Source: Octopus sinensis (lineage: Eukaryota). From it: a DNA stretch of 64,000 nucleotides. A program made the position numbers and the translations under genes. Positions 12,851-23,896 of this stretch are shown piece after piece (the stretch's first letter is position 1; every line of letters starts with the position of its first letter). The notes below the pieces were generated by a model. The model was given only the letters and a program-made list of their open reading frames with translations, made no database searches and was not told the origin of the DNA. The stretch is from positions 9,548,001-9,612,000 of the forward strand of contig NC_043022.1 of NCBI RefSeq assembly GCF_006345805.1. Reading direction: 5' to 3'.

Positions 12851-13500
12851 TCTCTCTCACACACACGCGTGCGTATACGTCGAGTGTATATGTATATATG
12901 CCCGCTATAGGCGATCGTTGTCCGTGATTCGACGACCGAATTTTGATATCGTCTCTGTCAACGCGAAATCACTTCTCTTAATCGTAATTGTGCCCCAGGT
13001 CAGCGACGATCGAAAAGAATTATGATCTGTGTGCGCGTGCGTGTACACACAAACACACACAGACACACACACACAATATTCCAATCGCGAACATGCTGTC
13101 TTTAAATATTCAGTTTGTGTAGTAGCATCCAGTGTGTCCTACATTCGTTTGTAAGACATTAGCGTGTGATTTAAGGGTTTCCCTTGTTGGCTCGTCACTT
13201 CGTTTCATTTCACGGTGTTAATTATGAGTTTAATTATAATTAATGCCCGTTTTTTTTTTTTTGTATTTTGGCGGAGGGTTGTTGGTGGCGAGGAAGGCTT
13301 GAACGGCATTGTAGTTGCTTAGTCCTAGCTTAACCTTGCTCGAACAAATCGTTCATCAAAGACATTGCAACCGCGACCATCACGCCGTTTTTTTTTAAAC
13401 ATTTGTTTGGCAGTCCTGGTGGTATGATGGGTATTTGTAGAAATACATTATCTAATGTGCATGCTTTCCTTAAAGACGGGTGGCCACATCGTGTGTGATC
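10600..13500. promoter_or_regulatory. CpG-rich, largely SINE-free zone; candidate promoter or first-exon region
   Basis: About 24 CpG counted in 11401-11820 versus about 3-4 per 420 bp at 35.1 and 57.1 kb; TGACGTC at 11434; strong donors AAG|GTTAGT (+, 11596/11597) and AAA|GTAAGC (-, 10844/10843). Confidence 0.4.
12385..12742 (+). repeat. 154-bp tandem repeat, about 2.3 near-identical copies
   Basis: CTCTTTACGTAAAGGCATAAAC at 12402, 12556 and 12710. Confidence 0.9.
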
Positions 13501-13855
13501 AGGGAGAGATCCGGCTGCTATTTCTAGCTCTTTATGCTGCCTTACTGAGTTTTATCTTTGGAGTTACACGTAGACTGTGATTAGAAGGAGTTTCGGCTGC
13601 TATTTCTTGCACTATGTATCACTCCATAGAAAGTTCTCTCGTTGGGGATACTTAGGCTATGATTAAAGGGAGATTTGACTACTATTTCTAGCACTTTGTG
13701 CTACCCTGCTGAGAGCTCTCTTGTTGGTGATTAGAGGAAGATTCGGCTGCTATTTCTAGCACTTTGTGCTACTCTGCTGAGAACTCTCTCATTGGGGATA
13801 CGTAGACTGTGATTAAAGGGAGATTTGGCTGCTATTTCTAGCACTTTGTGCTAAT
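13495..13855 (+). repeat. Diverged ~81-bp tandem array (5 cores)
   Basis: GCTGCTATTTCT core near 13514, 13596, 13677, 13746 and 13828 (periods 82, 81, 69, 82). Confidence 0.8.
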
Positions 13856-13975
13856 CTTCAGATGGTTCCAGATCACGTGTGTCTTCTGATTTTGTTGACC
13901 TGGGCAGAATTTGAACTCAGAAAGTAAAGACAGAGGAAATGCCACTCTAATGGTTCTGCCAGCTTGCTGCCTCCT

Positions 13976-13976
13976 C

Positions 13977-14008
<32 letters not shown>

Positions 14009-14009
14009 C

Positions 14010-14041
<32 letters not shown>

Positions 14042-14069
14042 TAATAATAATAATAATAATAATAACAAC

Positions 14070-14101
<32 letters not shown>

Positions 14102-14129
14102 TAATAATAATAATAATAATAATAATAAT
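13976..14129. repeat. (AAT)n tail expansion of a family B SINE with a 60-bp higher-order period
   Basis: 13981-14040 is identical to 14041-14100; adjoins a minus-strand B copy at about 14128-14320. Confidence 0.9.
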
Positions 14130-14771
14130 CCTTTCTACTAGAGACATAAGGCCTCAAATTTGTGGGGAGGGGGCTAGTTGATTACATCGACCCCAGTATT
14201 TCACTGTTACTTAATTTATTGACCCCAAAAGGATGAAAGGCAAAGCTAACCTCGGTAGAATTTGAACTCAGAACATAGCGACACGCGCAATACCACTAAG
14301 AATTTCGTCGAGTGCGCTGAGCTGGAATAGTCAGGGTTGGAACATCTTTGAATATAGGTCTGCTTGTTCAACCGAAAATGATTTGGCGGGAGGCTGCTAA
14401 GTACCCACCTATAAAAAAGGGTCATTCAACATCTAATAATTATACCCATCGTCATTATCAACAATGCTGCAAGAAAAAAGCAAGGTGACAGCAATGCCGG
14501 CAGAAGAATGTCTAAAAATAAAAATCACGTGCTTTCTATTACTCTTTTTGTGTTCTGAGTCCAATTTCTGCTGAGGCTGACTTTGCCTTACATCCTTTCG
14601 GCAGTGATGCAATTGACCAGTTCCCCTCCCACAAAATTCCAGGCCTTGTGCCTATACATTTTACTTGTTTCAGTCTGTGGCCATGCTGGGGCACCACCTG
14701 GAAGAATTTTAGTCCAATGAATTGACCCTAGTACTTTTTTCTTAAGCCTAGTATTTATTCTATTGTCCATG

Positions 14772-14976
14772 ACTGCGTGTGTACCGTTGGCGATTTTTTT
14801 TTCCTCCGTCTTCCCTTCTTTGGATCTTTCCTTTTCCTATGTTTCTGACGAAGAGCTCCGCTTGAAACGTTAAACCCTCCTTCTTTCCTTCTTTTCTGAG
14901 CGTCCAATAATACTATATTTGTTCCACATCCTCGCGTTGTTGTGTTTTCTCTTTGTGTTTTCATGTTTGGATTAAC
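14772..14976 (+). mobile_element. Penelope-like element terminal-repeat fragment, copy 1
   Basis: Aligns end to end with 23693-23896; carries CTGACGAA...GAAACGT typical of PLE pseudo-LTRs; abuts (TA)n. Confidence 0.6.
14841..14875 (+). ncRNA. Minimal type I hammerhead ribozyme motif (GUU cleavage triplet)
   Basis: GUUU-CUGACGA-A-GAGC-UCC-GCUU-GAA-ACGU-U-AAAC: stem I GUUU/AAAC, stem II with a G.U closing pair, palindromic ACGU in place of stem III. Confidence 0.55.
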
Positions 14977-14998
14977 TATATATATACATACATGCATA

Positions 14999-15032
<34 letters not shown>

Positions 15033-15041
15033 CATACATGC

Positions 15042-15072
<31 letters not shown>

Positions 15073-15269
15073 CATGCATATATATATATATACAGGCTTC
15101 TTTCAGTTTTCATCTACTAAATCCATGTACAAGACTTTGGTTGGCCTGAGGCTATTGTAGAAAACACTTGCCCAAGGTGTCACACAGACGCAGTGGGACT
15201 GAACCTTGAACCATGTGCTTGGGAAGCAAGCTTCTTACCACACAACCACACCTGTGCCTCTGGCAGAAA

Positions 15270-15304
<35 letters not shown>

Positions 15305-15630
15305 GGATGAAGCTCAAAGGATTGAGGAAAGACACCTTCCTCCTCAGTCAAGCTCTCAGCAACTTTTTTAAAGTTCCACTTGGAGAGGAGAGTGAGGGTG
15401 GAGTGGCAAGTGCTACCTCCCTGTGAATTTGTGAAAAGACTGTGGCAAAAATGGTTAAATTGCTCTGCTCTATGTATGTACGTGTAGATTGGTGAGCATT
15501 AAAGAGAGCTCATGCCTTTGGGGGTCAGGGTAACCCTGAGTCTGTAGAGTTCCTTGATTGGCCCAAGCTGGAGTTTTTCTTGTATCAGGAGGACTACATC
15601 ATTCATGTTATCACATACTTTGTATATTAT

Positions 15631-15882
15631 TTATTCTCTTTTCCTTTTACTTGTTTTAGTCATTTGACAGTGGCCATGCTGGAGCACTGCCTTTACTTGA
15701 ACAAATTAACCCCAGGACTTATTTGTCATAAGCCTAGTACTTATTCTATCGGTTTTTCATGCTGAACTGCTAGGTTACATGGACATGAAGACACCGACAT
15801 CGGTTGTCAAGTGATGGTGGGGGTACAAACACACACACACAAACATATACATATTCTGTCTACCAAATCTACTCACAAAGTT
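15631..15882 (-). mobile_element. SINE family A, 3' part
   Basis: Tail and body match family A. Confidence 0.75.
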
Positions 15883-15896
15883 TTTATTATTATTAT

Positions 15897-16490
15897 TAAG
15901 GCGGTGAGATGACAGAATCCATCTTTCTTTATGTTCTGAGTTCAATTTCTGCCAAGGTCAACTTTGCTTTTCATCCTTTTGGGATCATTAAAATAAGTAC
16001 CAGTTGAGTTCTGGGGTTGCTGTAATCGACTATCTTTCTCTCCCACAGTTACTGGCCTTGTGCCTTTAATAGAAAGGATTATTATTATTTAAGGCGGCGA
16101 GCTGGCAGAAACGTTAGCACGCTGGGCGAAATGCTAAGTGGTATTTCGTCTGCCGCTACGTTCTGAGTTCAAATTCCGCTGAGGTCGACTTTGCCTTTCA
16201 TCCTTTCGGGGTCGATAAATTAAGTACCAGTTACGCACTGGGGTCGATGTAATCGACTTAATACCTATGTCTGTCCTTGTTTGTCCCCTCTGTGTTTAGC
16301 CCCTTGTGGGTAGTAAAGAAATAGGTATTTCGTCCATCTTCACGTTCTGAGTTCAAATTCCACAGAGGTCAACTTTGCTTTCATCCTTTTTCGGTTGATA
16401 AATTAAGTATCAGTCAAGTACTGGGGTTGATGTCATTGACCATCCCCCTCCCCTCCAATTCCAGGCCTTGTGCCTATAGTAGAAGGGATT
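15897..16490 (+). mobile_element. Three tandem or nested family B SINE bodies
   Basis: GTTCTGAGTTCAA B-box segments near 15934, 16161 and 16344; the middle copy is young. Confidence 0.85.
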
Positions 16491-16491
16491 A

Positions 16492-16918
16492 CAGCAATCC
16501 CTTGACTATCGCAGGTGATACGTTCCAAAACCCCTCGTGATAGGCGAAAATCTGTGAAGTAGAAACAGCACTGTATATTTTTTTTATTATTTTTATAATT
16601 TGTATATATTTATTTTATCATAAATGCAGAACAAAACCACAGAGGAATTGATGTAAGCTCAGCCCTTTCCTTACTGTATTTATTTTAAGATGCTCTGTGT
16701 TTCTTTCAATTACTTTAAATATAACAAAGAATTTAGTAAAATAACTTAGTTATCATTAAGCTGGTGTTAGGAGCATAAATTGTGACTAAAGTTTAGTGGA
16801 AGATTTTAATTCAAATCATATGAAAACAAGACGTTTGTACTCGGAGCCAGAGCTGGTTTCAGCTGGGTTGGTAATGAAAGGGTTAAATAAAAAACCGTGA
16901 TATGGCGAGGGATTACTG
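16492..16918. mobile_element. Tc1/pogo (Tigger-like) MITE, TA TSD, hosting a piggyBac-like MITE
   Basis: TA|CAGCAATCCCTTG ... CGAGGGATTACTG|TA; the inner element 16663-16882 ends GAAAGGG|TTAA. Confidence 0.8.
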
Positions 16919-17097
16919 TATTGTTATTGTGTGTGAGTGTTGGAAGAATGGCCAGTGTGAAAGGACCAATTCTGAGCATACACCTGTAAAGAAATAAAGG
17001 AAGGGCTCTTGCCCTGTTGATCAGGAACCCGTGACTTTTGTGGGTTTTTCACCCGGAACCTTAAAGTACCTCTCCCTATTGGGAGATTTTATTGTTT

Positions 17098-17488
17098 ACT
17101 AGCAGTATCGCCCGGTATTGCTTGGGTTTGTTTTGACCCTTTAGAATTGGAATTTTTGGAAAGAAAAAGATTCGCATTATGTAGCTTGTTTTTCTCTTTA
17201 AGTGAACATTTTTCTGGTTGAAATACACTGAAAAATGGCGACACAGCAGTCAAAAAATCGTAAAAAATAGGGATTTTCATAGAAAAAAAACACCTTTTTG
17301 ATGTAAATAATTTTTAGTCTTAACATGGTCCGATTTGAATTTTAACTTCTACGGAATGAAGAGCAAGCCTTCTTCTATCATACTCTCAATTTTGGTCAAC
17401 TTGCGCCGCAGGGTCTCGGAGGAGATAGTGTTAGTTGAAGCCTACCAAATCTGTCATACACAGACAACTTCAGCTTTATATATATAGA
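17098..17488 (+). mobile_element. Helentron-associated (HINE/DINE-1-like) non-autonomous element
   Basis: Starts TT|ACTAGCAGTATCGCCCGGTATTGCTTGGG (subterminal hairpin), ends CAGCTTTATATATATAGA; no TSD. Confidence 0.55.
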
Positions 17489-18164
17489 GTGTATTGTCTT
17501 GTGTTGTTTTTTATGTTGTGTCATGTCATTTTATATATATTTATATTAGCCCTTGTGGCCAATAAAAGAATGAATCATTATTATTATTATTATTATGGAT
17601 GAATTTCCTCCATCACCAAGTAGCCTTGTGAAAAGGGCAAACAACGCCATCGCATCTAACGGACTTGACACTTCATTCACCACTACAAACATCACCATGA
17701 GTAAAGTACATTTGCTTTGGCTTTGACAATCGCCATCAACAAAAACAACACCAGCAACAACAACGTCAACAACAAAATAAATAACGGCGACTCATTTGTA
17801 GGAATATCAAAACTACTGGAACAGCTCCTTGGAGGAAAAGCATAGAAGCCTGCAAGAGGCTGAAAAACACCTCAACAGTGGCGATAGAAAAACTCAGCTG
17901 GCTGTTGTTGTGTTTTGGATTTATTCATTAATGTTCTGGTTTAAAATTCTACCAATGTCGACTCTCACGGTTCGTCCCCCACTCCATTTCCTTCTTCCAT
18001 CTGGAGTGAAGGGCAAGGTTGGCCTTGCCTCAGCAGGATCTGAAGTGCCAGTGGCTTTCAACACTGGACTATCCTGTGTAGTAACCTGAATTTCCTTTTC
18101 CTTCTTAGGCATCTGTTTATTAGACACTTCAGTAACAACAACACTAATACACACACACAAATAT

Positions 18165-18389
18165 GTCTGTGTGTATATGTGTGTGAGTGTGTGTGTGTGT
18201 GTATATGTTTTTGTGTGTATGTTTATACGAATGTATTTATATATGTATGTATATGTATATATGTTCATATATATATGTGTGTGTGTATGTATTTATATGT
18301 CTATATGTTATGTGTCTATGTGTGTATCTATATATGTATATATGTATGTGTATATATATATATATATATTATATATATATATATGTACA

Positions 18390-18428
<39 letters not shown>

Positions 18429-18470
18429 GTATATGCGTGTGTACACACATGCGCACGCACACACATATGA
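18165..18470. repeat. (TG)/(TA) compound microsatellite
   Basis: Directly visible. Confidence 0.9.
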
Positions 18471-18944
18471 GGCAATGACATGGCCTTATTCAAATGTACG
18501 CTTCCTACCTACATTGTTTTGGGTTTGGTCCCTCTGTCTGACGCCTTGGGCAGGTGTCTTTTATTATATAACTGTGGGACAACCAAAGCTTTATGAGTGG
18601 ATTTGTTAGATAGAAACTGAAAGAAGCCTGTTTGTGTATGTGTATGGTTATGACATGAAAGAGTTACAAGATGGATTTTTCAAGCTGGGCCAACTGGCAG
18701 AAGACTTAGGAGGAGATCAAGAATGAGATGATTGGATGATATCCATGGTCTTAGTTGGTTATGCTTTGGAATCATCATTGTCTTCATTATACTCATTTAA
18801 CATCCGTTTTCCATGCTGGCATGGGTTGGACAGTTTGACAGGAGTTGGCAATTCAGAGGGCTTCACCAGGTTCCTATCATCTGTTTTGGCCTGGTTTCTA
18901 CAACTGGATGCACTTCCTAATTAAAATGACTTAACAGAGTGTAC

Positions 18945-19275
18945 TGGTTGCTTTTTACATGGCACCTACATGCGTGCTTCTTACATGGCACCATTATGGG
19001 TGCTTCTTATGTGGCACCAGTATGGTTGCTTTTTATGTGGCACCAGCATGGGTGCTTTCTATACAGCACCCGCACGGGTGCTTTTTACGTAGTGCCAGCA
19101 TGGGTGCTATTTATGTGGCACCAGCATGGGTGCTTTCTACATGGCACCTGCACAGGTGCTTTTTATGTGGTGCCAGCATGGGTGCTTTTTATGTGGCACC
19201 CACACGGTTGCTTTTTACATGGTGCCAGCATGGGTACTTTTTGTGTGACACCAGCACGGGTGCTTTTTATGTGGC
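18945..19275. repeat. 26-bp minisatellite, 13 copies, grown from the RTE 3' UTR; about 4 more copies at 19640-19745
   Basis: Consensus GGGTGCTTTTTATGTGGCACCAGCAT at 26-bp spacing, following the family C sequence at 18785-18945. Confidence 0.9.
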
Positions 19276-20354
19276 TTTATAAAGAACTTTTAACACACAG
19301 TATTTGAAGAAATATTTTCTTAAATTGAAAATTATAAATTATATCTTTAAAAAAATCCGAATGACATGAACCTTTTGAAAGCAATTTTTCAATATACTAT
19401 TTACTCACATACATATGATATACTCACCCACACCTGTTTGTATTTATATGTATGCGAACACCTACACAAACACACATACACGATCACAACTTGTGATTGT
19501 GACAGACTTGAAGCAGACAAGGGCAGAGCATTGATTAGGTACACTGTTGTTATTTTCATTAAGAAGCACATCCAGCTATAGAAACCATCCCAAAACAGAG
19601 GACTGGAACCTGATTCAGCTCCTGTCAAATCGTCCCACCGATATGGCACCAGCATGGGTGCTTTTTATGTGACACCACTGTGGGTGCCTTTTACACAGCG
19701 CCAGCATGGGTGCCTTTTATGTGGCACCAGCACGAGTGCTCTTTATGATGTCATAAAATGGTGATGAACAGGGAACAGACTCTGACACAAACCTTTTGAA
19801 AGCAATTTTTCAATACACTATTTACTCACATGCATCTGATGTACTCACTCACATCTGTTTGTGTTTATATGTATGCGAATACACACACATCACACACAGT
19901 CGCTTGCTGTTTGTGACCGCGACAGACTTGGAGCCGACAAGAGCAGAGCATTGATGAGGGTCATAAAATGGTGATGATCAGGAAACAGACTCTGATAAAT
20001 CAACTGATTGATTGATCAAACGATTACTCAAGCAGTCAGTCAATTAATTAATTAGTTAATTAGTCTGCTAGTTGGCAATTGATAATAAAACAAGCAAAAT
20101 ATAACCAGTGTGTATGTTTTTATTGGCAAACTGTCCCTCCTAATGGACAACCACATTAGTTTCATTTCCACTTCAAGAATCTTGCAAAGCAAATACAAAA
20201 GTTTAAAGTCTCGGGCATGGCTGCGTGGTTTAGAAGCTTATTTTGCAGTCATGTGGTTTAGGGTTCAGTCCCACTTGAGCAAGTGCCTTCTACCGTAGAC
20301 ACAAGTTGACCAATATCCTGTGAATGAATTTGGTTGACAGAAACTGTATGGAAG

Positions 20355-20765
20355 GTGGCAAACTGGCAGAAATGTTAGCACGCCGGGTGAAATGCTTAGC
20401 GGTATTTTGTTTGCCGCTACGTTCTGAGTTCAAATTCCGCCAAGGTTGGCTTTGCCTTTCATCCTTTCAGGGTCGATTAAATAAGTACTGGGGTCGATAT
20501 AATTGGCTTAATCTGTTTGTCTGCCCTTGTTTGTCCTCTTTGTGTTTAGCCCCTTGTGGGTAGTAAAGAAATAGGTATTTCGTCTGCCGCTACATTTTGA
20601 GTTCAAATTCCGCCGAGATCGACTTTGCCTTTCATCTTTTCGGGGTCAATAAATTAAGTACCAGTTGTGCACTGGAGTCAATGTAATTGACTTAATCCCT
20701 TTGTCTGTCCTTATTTGTCCCCTCTATGTTTAGTCCCTTGTGGGCAATAAGGAAAAAAGAAATAA
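20355..20765 (+). mobile_element. Family B SINE dimer with 15-bp TSD, inserted in a family A head
   Basis: GAAACTGTATGGAAG at 20340-20354 and 20766-20780; two B bodies joined at AAAGAAATAG|GTATTT. Confidence 0.85.
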
Positions 20766-20989
20766 GAAACTGTATGGAAGCTCTTGTGATTATGTTTGTG
20801 TGTGTGTGTGTATACACATGTATGTATGTATGTGTGTGCAGTAATCCCATGCCATATCGCAGTTCACCTCTCATGGTTTATTATTTAAGCTTATGTTAAT
20901 TCCTCCGTGTTGTTTTGCATTTATAATAAAATAAATACTTGCAAATTATAAAAATAAAATATATATATATATACAGCCCAGTACTGTTT

Positions 20990-21330
20990 CTACTATATGG
21001 TACTCCCTCAGTTACAAAGTCGAGGGTTCCAGTTGATCCGATCAATGGAACAGCCTCTTTGTCAAATTAACATTCAAGTGGCTGAGTACTCCACAGACAT
21101 GTGTACCCTTGATGTAGTTCTCAGGGAGATTCAGCATGACACAGAATGTGACAAGGCCAGCCCTTTGAATTACAGGTACAACTCATTTTTGCCAGCTGAG
21201 TGGACTGGAGCAATATTAGAATGGGACATTTGGGTGCAACTGTCTTGCTCGAGGACTCCACGCATTGCCAAGAAGTGAACTCATGACCTTACGATTATGA
21301 ACCAAATACTCTAACCACCAAGCCACGTGT
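20990..21330 (-). mobile_element. SINE family D (tRNA-like head, CCAGTCCACTCAGCTGGCAAAAATGAG core)
   Basis: Minus strand GTGGCTTGGTGGTTAGAG...GAGTTCAC head; the same core occurs at 24.8, 41.7 and 59.5 kb. Confidence 0.75.
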
Positions 21331-21354
21331 CTTCATCGAAGATATTTAAATATC

Positions 21355-21503
21355 TGGCTGTGTGGTAAGAAGCTTGTTTCCCAACCGCATGGTTCCAGGT
21401 TCAGTCCCAACTGTGTGGCACTTAGGGCAAGTGTCTTCTGCTATAGCCTCGGGCCGACCAAAGCCATGTGAGTGGATTTGGAAAACAGAAACTGAAAGAA
21501 GCT

Positions 21504-21541
<38 letters not shown>

Positions 21542-21760
21542 TGTATATGTCTGTGTGTATGTCTGTGTTTGTGCCCCATCATCACTTGACAACCAGTGTT
21601 GGTGTGTTTGTGTTCCTCTAAATTAGTGGTTCGGCTAAAGGGACCAATAGAGCAAGTACCACACTTATCAAAAATAAGTACTGGGCTTGACTCATCCGAC
21701 TAAAAATTCAAGGCGGTGCCCCAGCATGGACGCAATCTAATCACTGAAACAGGTAAAAGA
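21355..21760 (+). mobile_element. SINE family A
   Basis: TGGCTGTGTGGTAAG head through the GAAACAGGTAAAAG tail. Confidence 0.85.
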
Positions 21761-22060
21761 TATGAAATACCTGTCTATATTGATATTTCACTTAGGTGTA
21801 GTGAAATCAATGACCTGGACTGGGCTGTGTGTTGTGTTCGTGAGGACAACACTTCATTTCACATTGCCCCAGTCCACTCAGCTGTAAATGGACAACCCTG
21901 TGTTGGACTGGTGTTTCATTCAACATCTACCAAATTCATGCTCAAGGTATTAATTGGTCCAGGGCTCTGCTGTAGGACACTTTGCCCAAAGTTCCACACA
22001 ACAGGATTGAACCTGAAACCATGTGGTTTTGCAAAACGAGTTCCTTAAGCACACAGCTAT

Positions 22061-22376
22061 TGTTTGTTTTTGTTTGTTTGTTTGTTTGTTCCTTCTCGAG
22101 CCATGCGTGGCTCATAAGGGCCGGTTTCCCGGCGTATAGGTTCTGCACCTGGACGGGACGCCAGTCTGTCGCAGGTGAGCTGCAAGATGAAGGAGGAAAG
22201 AGTGAGAGAAAGTTGTGGCGAAAGAGTCAGCAGAAGTTTTGCCATTACCTTCTGCTGGAGCCGCGTGGAGCTTAGGTGTTTTGCTCATAAACACACACAT
22301 TGCCCGGTCTGAGATTCGAACCCGCGATCCCTCGACTGCGAGTCCACTGCTCTAACCACTAGGCCATGTGCCTCCA
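22061..22376 (-). mobile_element. SINE family E, young, 11-bp TSD
   Basis: Minus strand TGGCCTAGTGG (A box), GGTTCGAATC (B box), CTGCGACAGACTGGCGTCCCGTCCAGG core, (CAAA)n tail; CACACAGCTAT at 22050-22060 and 22377-22387. Confidence 0.9.
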
Positions 22377-22508
22377 CACACAGCTATATCTGCACCGATA
22401 TAAAACTTGGCGTCCCTGAGTTGATGTAACACAAACAAGATATTGTAATTAACAGAGGGGATAGTATAAGTGTGCAGGTGTATGTACGTGTGCAGGTGTA
22501 TGTATGAG

Positions 22509-22539
<31 letters not shown>

Positions 22540-23692
22540 TGTGTGTGTGTGTGTATGCGTGGGCTGTAAACAAGGAGAGAAGGTGAAAGCAGTGTCAATG
22601 TATGAAGTGTGGGTGTGCTGGTCCATTCAGTATATTTCCTTCTCTTTCTTCCTCTGTGTTCCCTTCTATCATCCACGCTTCTTTTCCATCCCGCCCTTTC
22701 TATCTCTCTCTCTCTCTCTATCTCATCGTTCACTCCCCAGCCCCGCCTCGGAGTAAAAATAAATTAATAAATAAATAAAACAAAAATTGAACTTGTGTGC
22801 TCAGCTCAAACGAAATCAATAATATGGAAGCTTGATATTGGAAACAGCAACAGCAGAAGCTGGTGTTTCAACCTCTTTCATCTCACCGAGAATCCTCTTG
22901 TCTTTCCTCGTTTTCCTATCCTCTTTTCCTTCTTCTTCCTTTCTTCTCTCTTCTTTCCTTCCTTCCTTCCTTCCTTCTTTCCTCCTTTCTTTTTTTGCTT
23001 CCCCCCCCTTCTCTCTCTCTCTCTCTTGTCTCTTTTCTTTTTGCTTTTCCTTTCTGTTATATTTCTGTTCTGTTCAACCTTTGGTTAAGGAAAAACACGA
23101 AAAGAAAAAAAAAAAAAAAGCAAAACTCGAACAATAAAACAAACACATACACCCATGCACATGTACAAATACACACACACATGCATGTGCACACGCACAC
23201 ACACACACACACACACACATACATACATACACCGTTTGTGTTTTTCCTCACAGCTGATTAAGATGAATATGGAATCATGAAATTAATAAGGTCAGTTTGA
23301 AGAAAAATAGGTCAATGCTGTTGCTTAGCCCCAACCCACACCTCACTGAACATAATACCTGTGATAGAAAACATTCAAGTTTGCTTACTTTTCTTTTTGT
23401 TTTCCTACCCCAAACCATAGTGTATTTTGGGTAAAAATCATCAAAAATGTTTAGGGAGATTAGCTTGTTATTTCTAGTAAATTAAGTGACCAGATAGGCG
23501 TAGAAGGGGCTGTGTGGTAAGTAGTTTGCTTACGAACCACATGTTTCCGGGTTCAGTCCCGCTACGTGGCATCTCAGGCAAGTGTCTTCTTCTATAGCCT
23601 CGGGCTGACCAAAGCCTTGTGAGTGGATTTGGTAGATGGAAACTGAAAGAAGCCCATCATATATATGTATATAGATATATATTCAAAATGTA

Positions 23693-23896
23693 ACCGCATG
23701 TATACTGTTGGTGATTTTTTTTCCTCCGTCTTCCCTTCTCTGGATCTTTCCTTTTCCTATGTTTCTGACGAAGAGCTCCGCTCGAAACGTAAAACCCTCC
23801 TTCTTCCCTTCCTTCCTGAGCGTCCAATAATACTATATTTGTTCCACGTCCTCGCGTTGTTGTGTTTTCTCTTTGTGTTTTCATGTTTGAATTAAC
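23693..23896 (+). mobile_element. Penelope-like element terminal-repeat fragment, copy 2
   Basis: Homologous to 14772-14976; flanked by TA-rich sequence on both sides. Confidence 0.6.
23761..23795 (+). ncRNA. Minimal type I hammerhead ribozyme motif (GUA cleavage triplet)
   Basis: GUUU-CUGACGA-A-GAGC-UCC-GCUC-GAA-ACGU-A-AAAC: all core nucleotides present, stem I 4 bp, stem II 4 bp, palindromic ACGU. Confidence 0.65.

Larger units (their letters stand above)
14659..15258 (-). mobile_element. SINE family A split by a Penelope-like fragment
   Basis: 3' part about 14659-14765, 5' part about 15092-15258, with the PLE-like piece and (TA)n between. Confidence 0.7.

Noticed and set aside
17690-17870. 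Transmembrane-like stretch PLFILLLTLLLLLVLFLLMAIVKAK on the - strand
   Set aside because: The hydrophobic run is the reverse complement of an (AAC)n tract; no start codon or convincing exon boundary.
22300-22376. tRNA gene
   Set aside because: A and B boxes are present, but there is no complementary 3' acceptor strand or terminator; it continues into a SINE body with tail and TSD.
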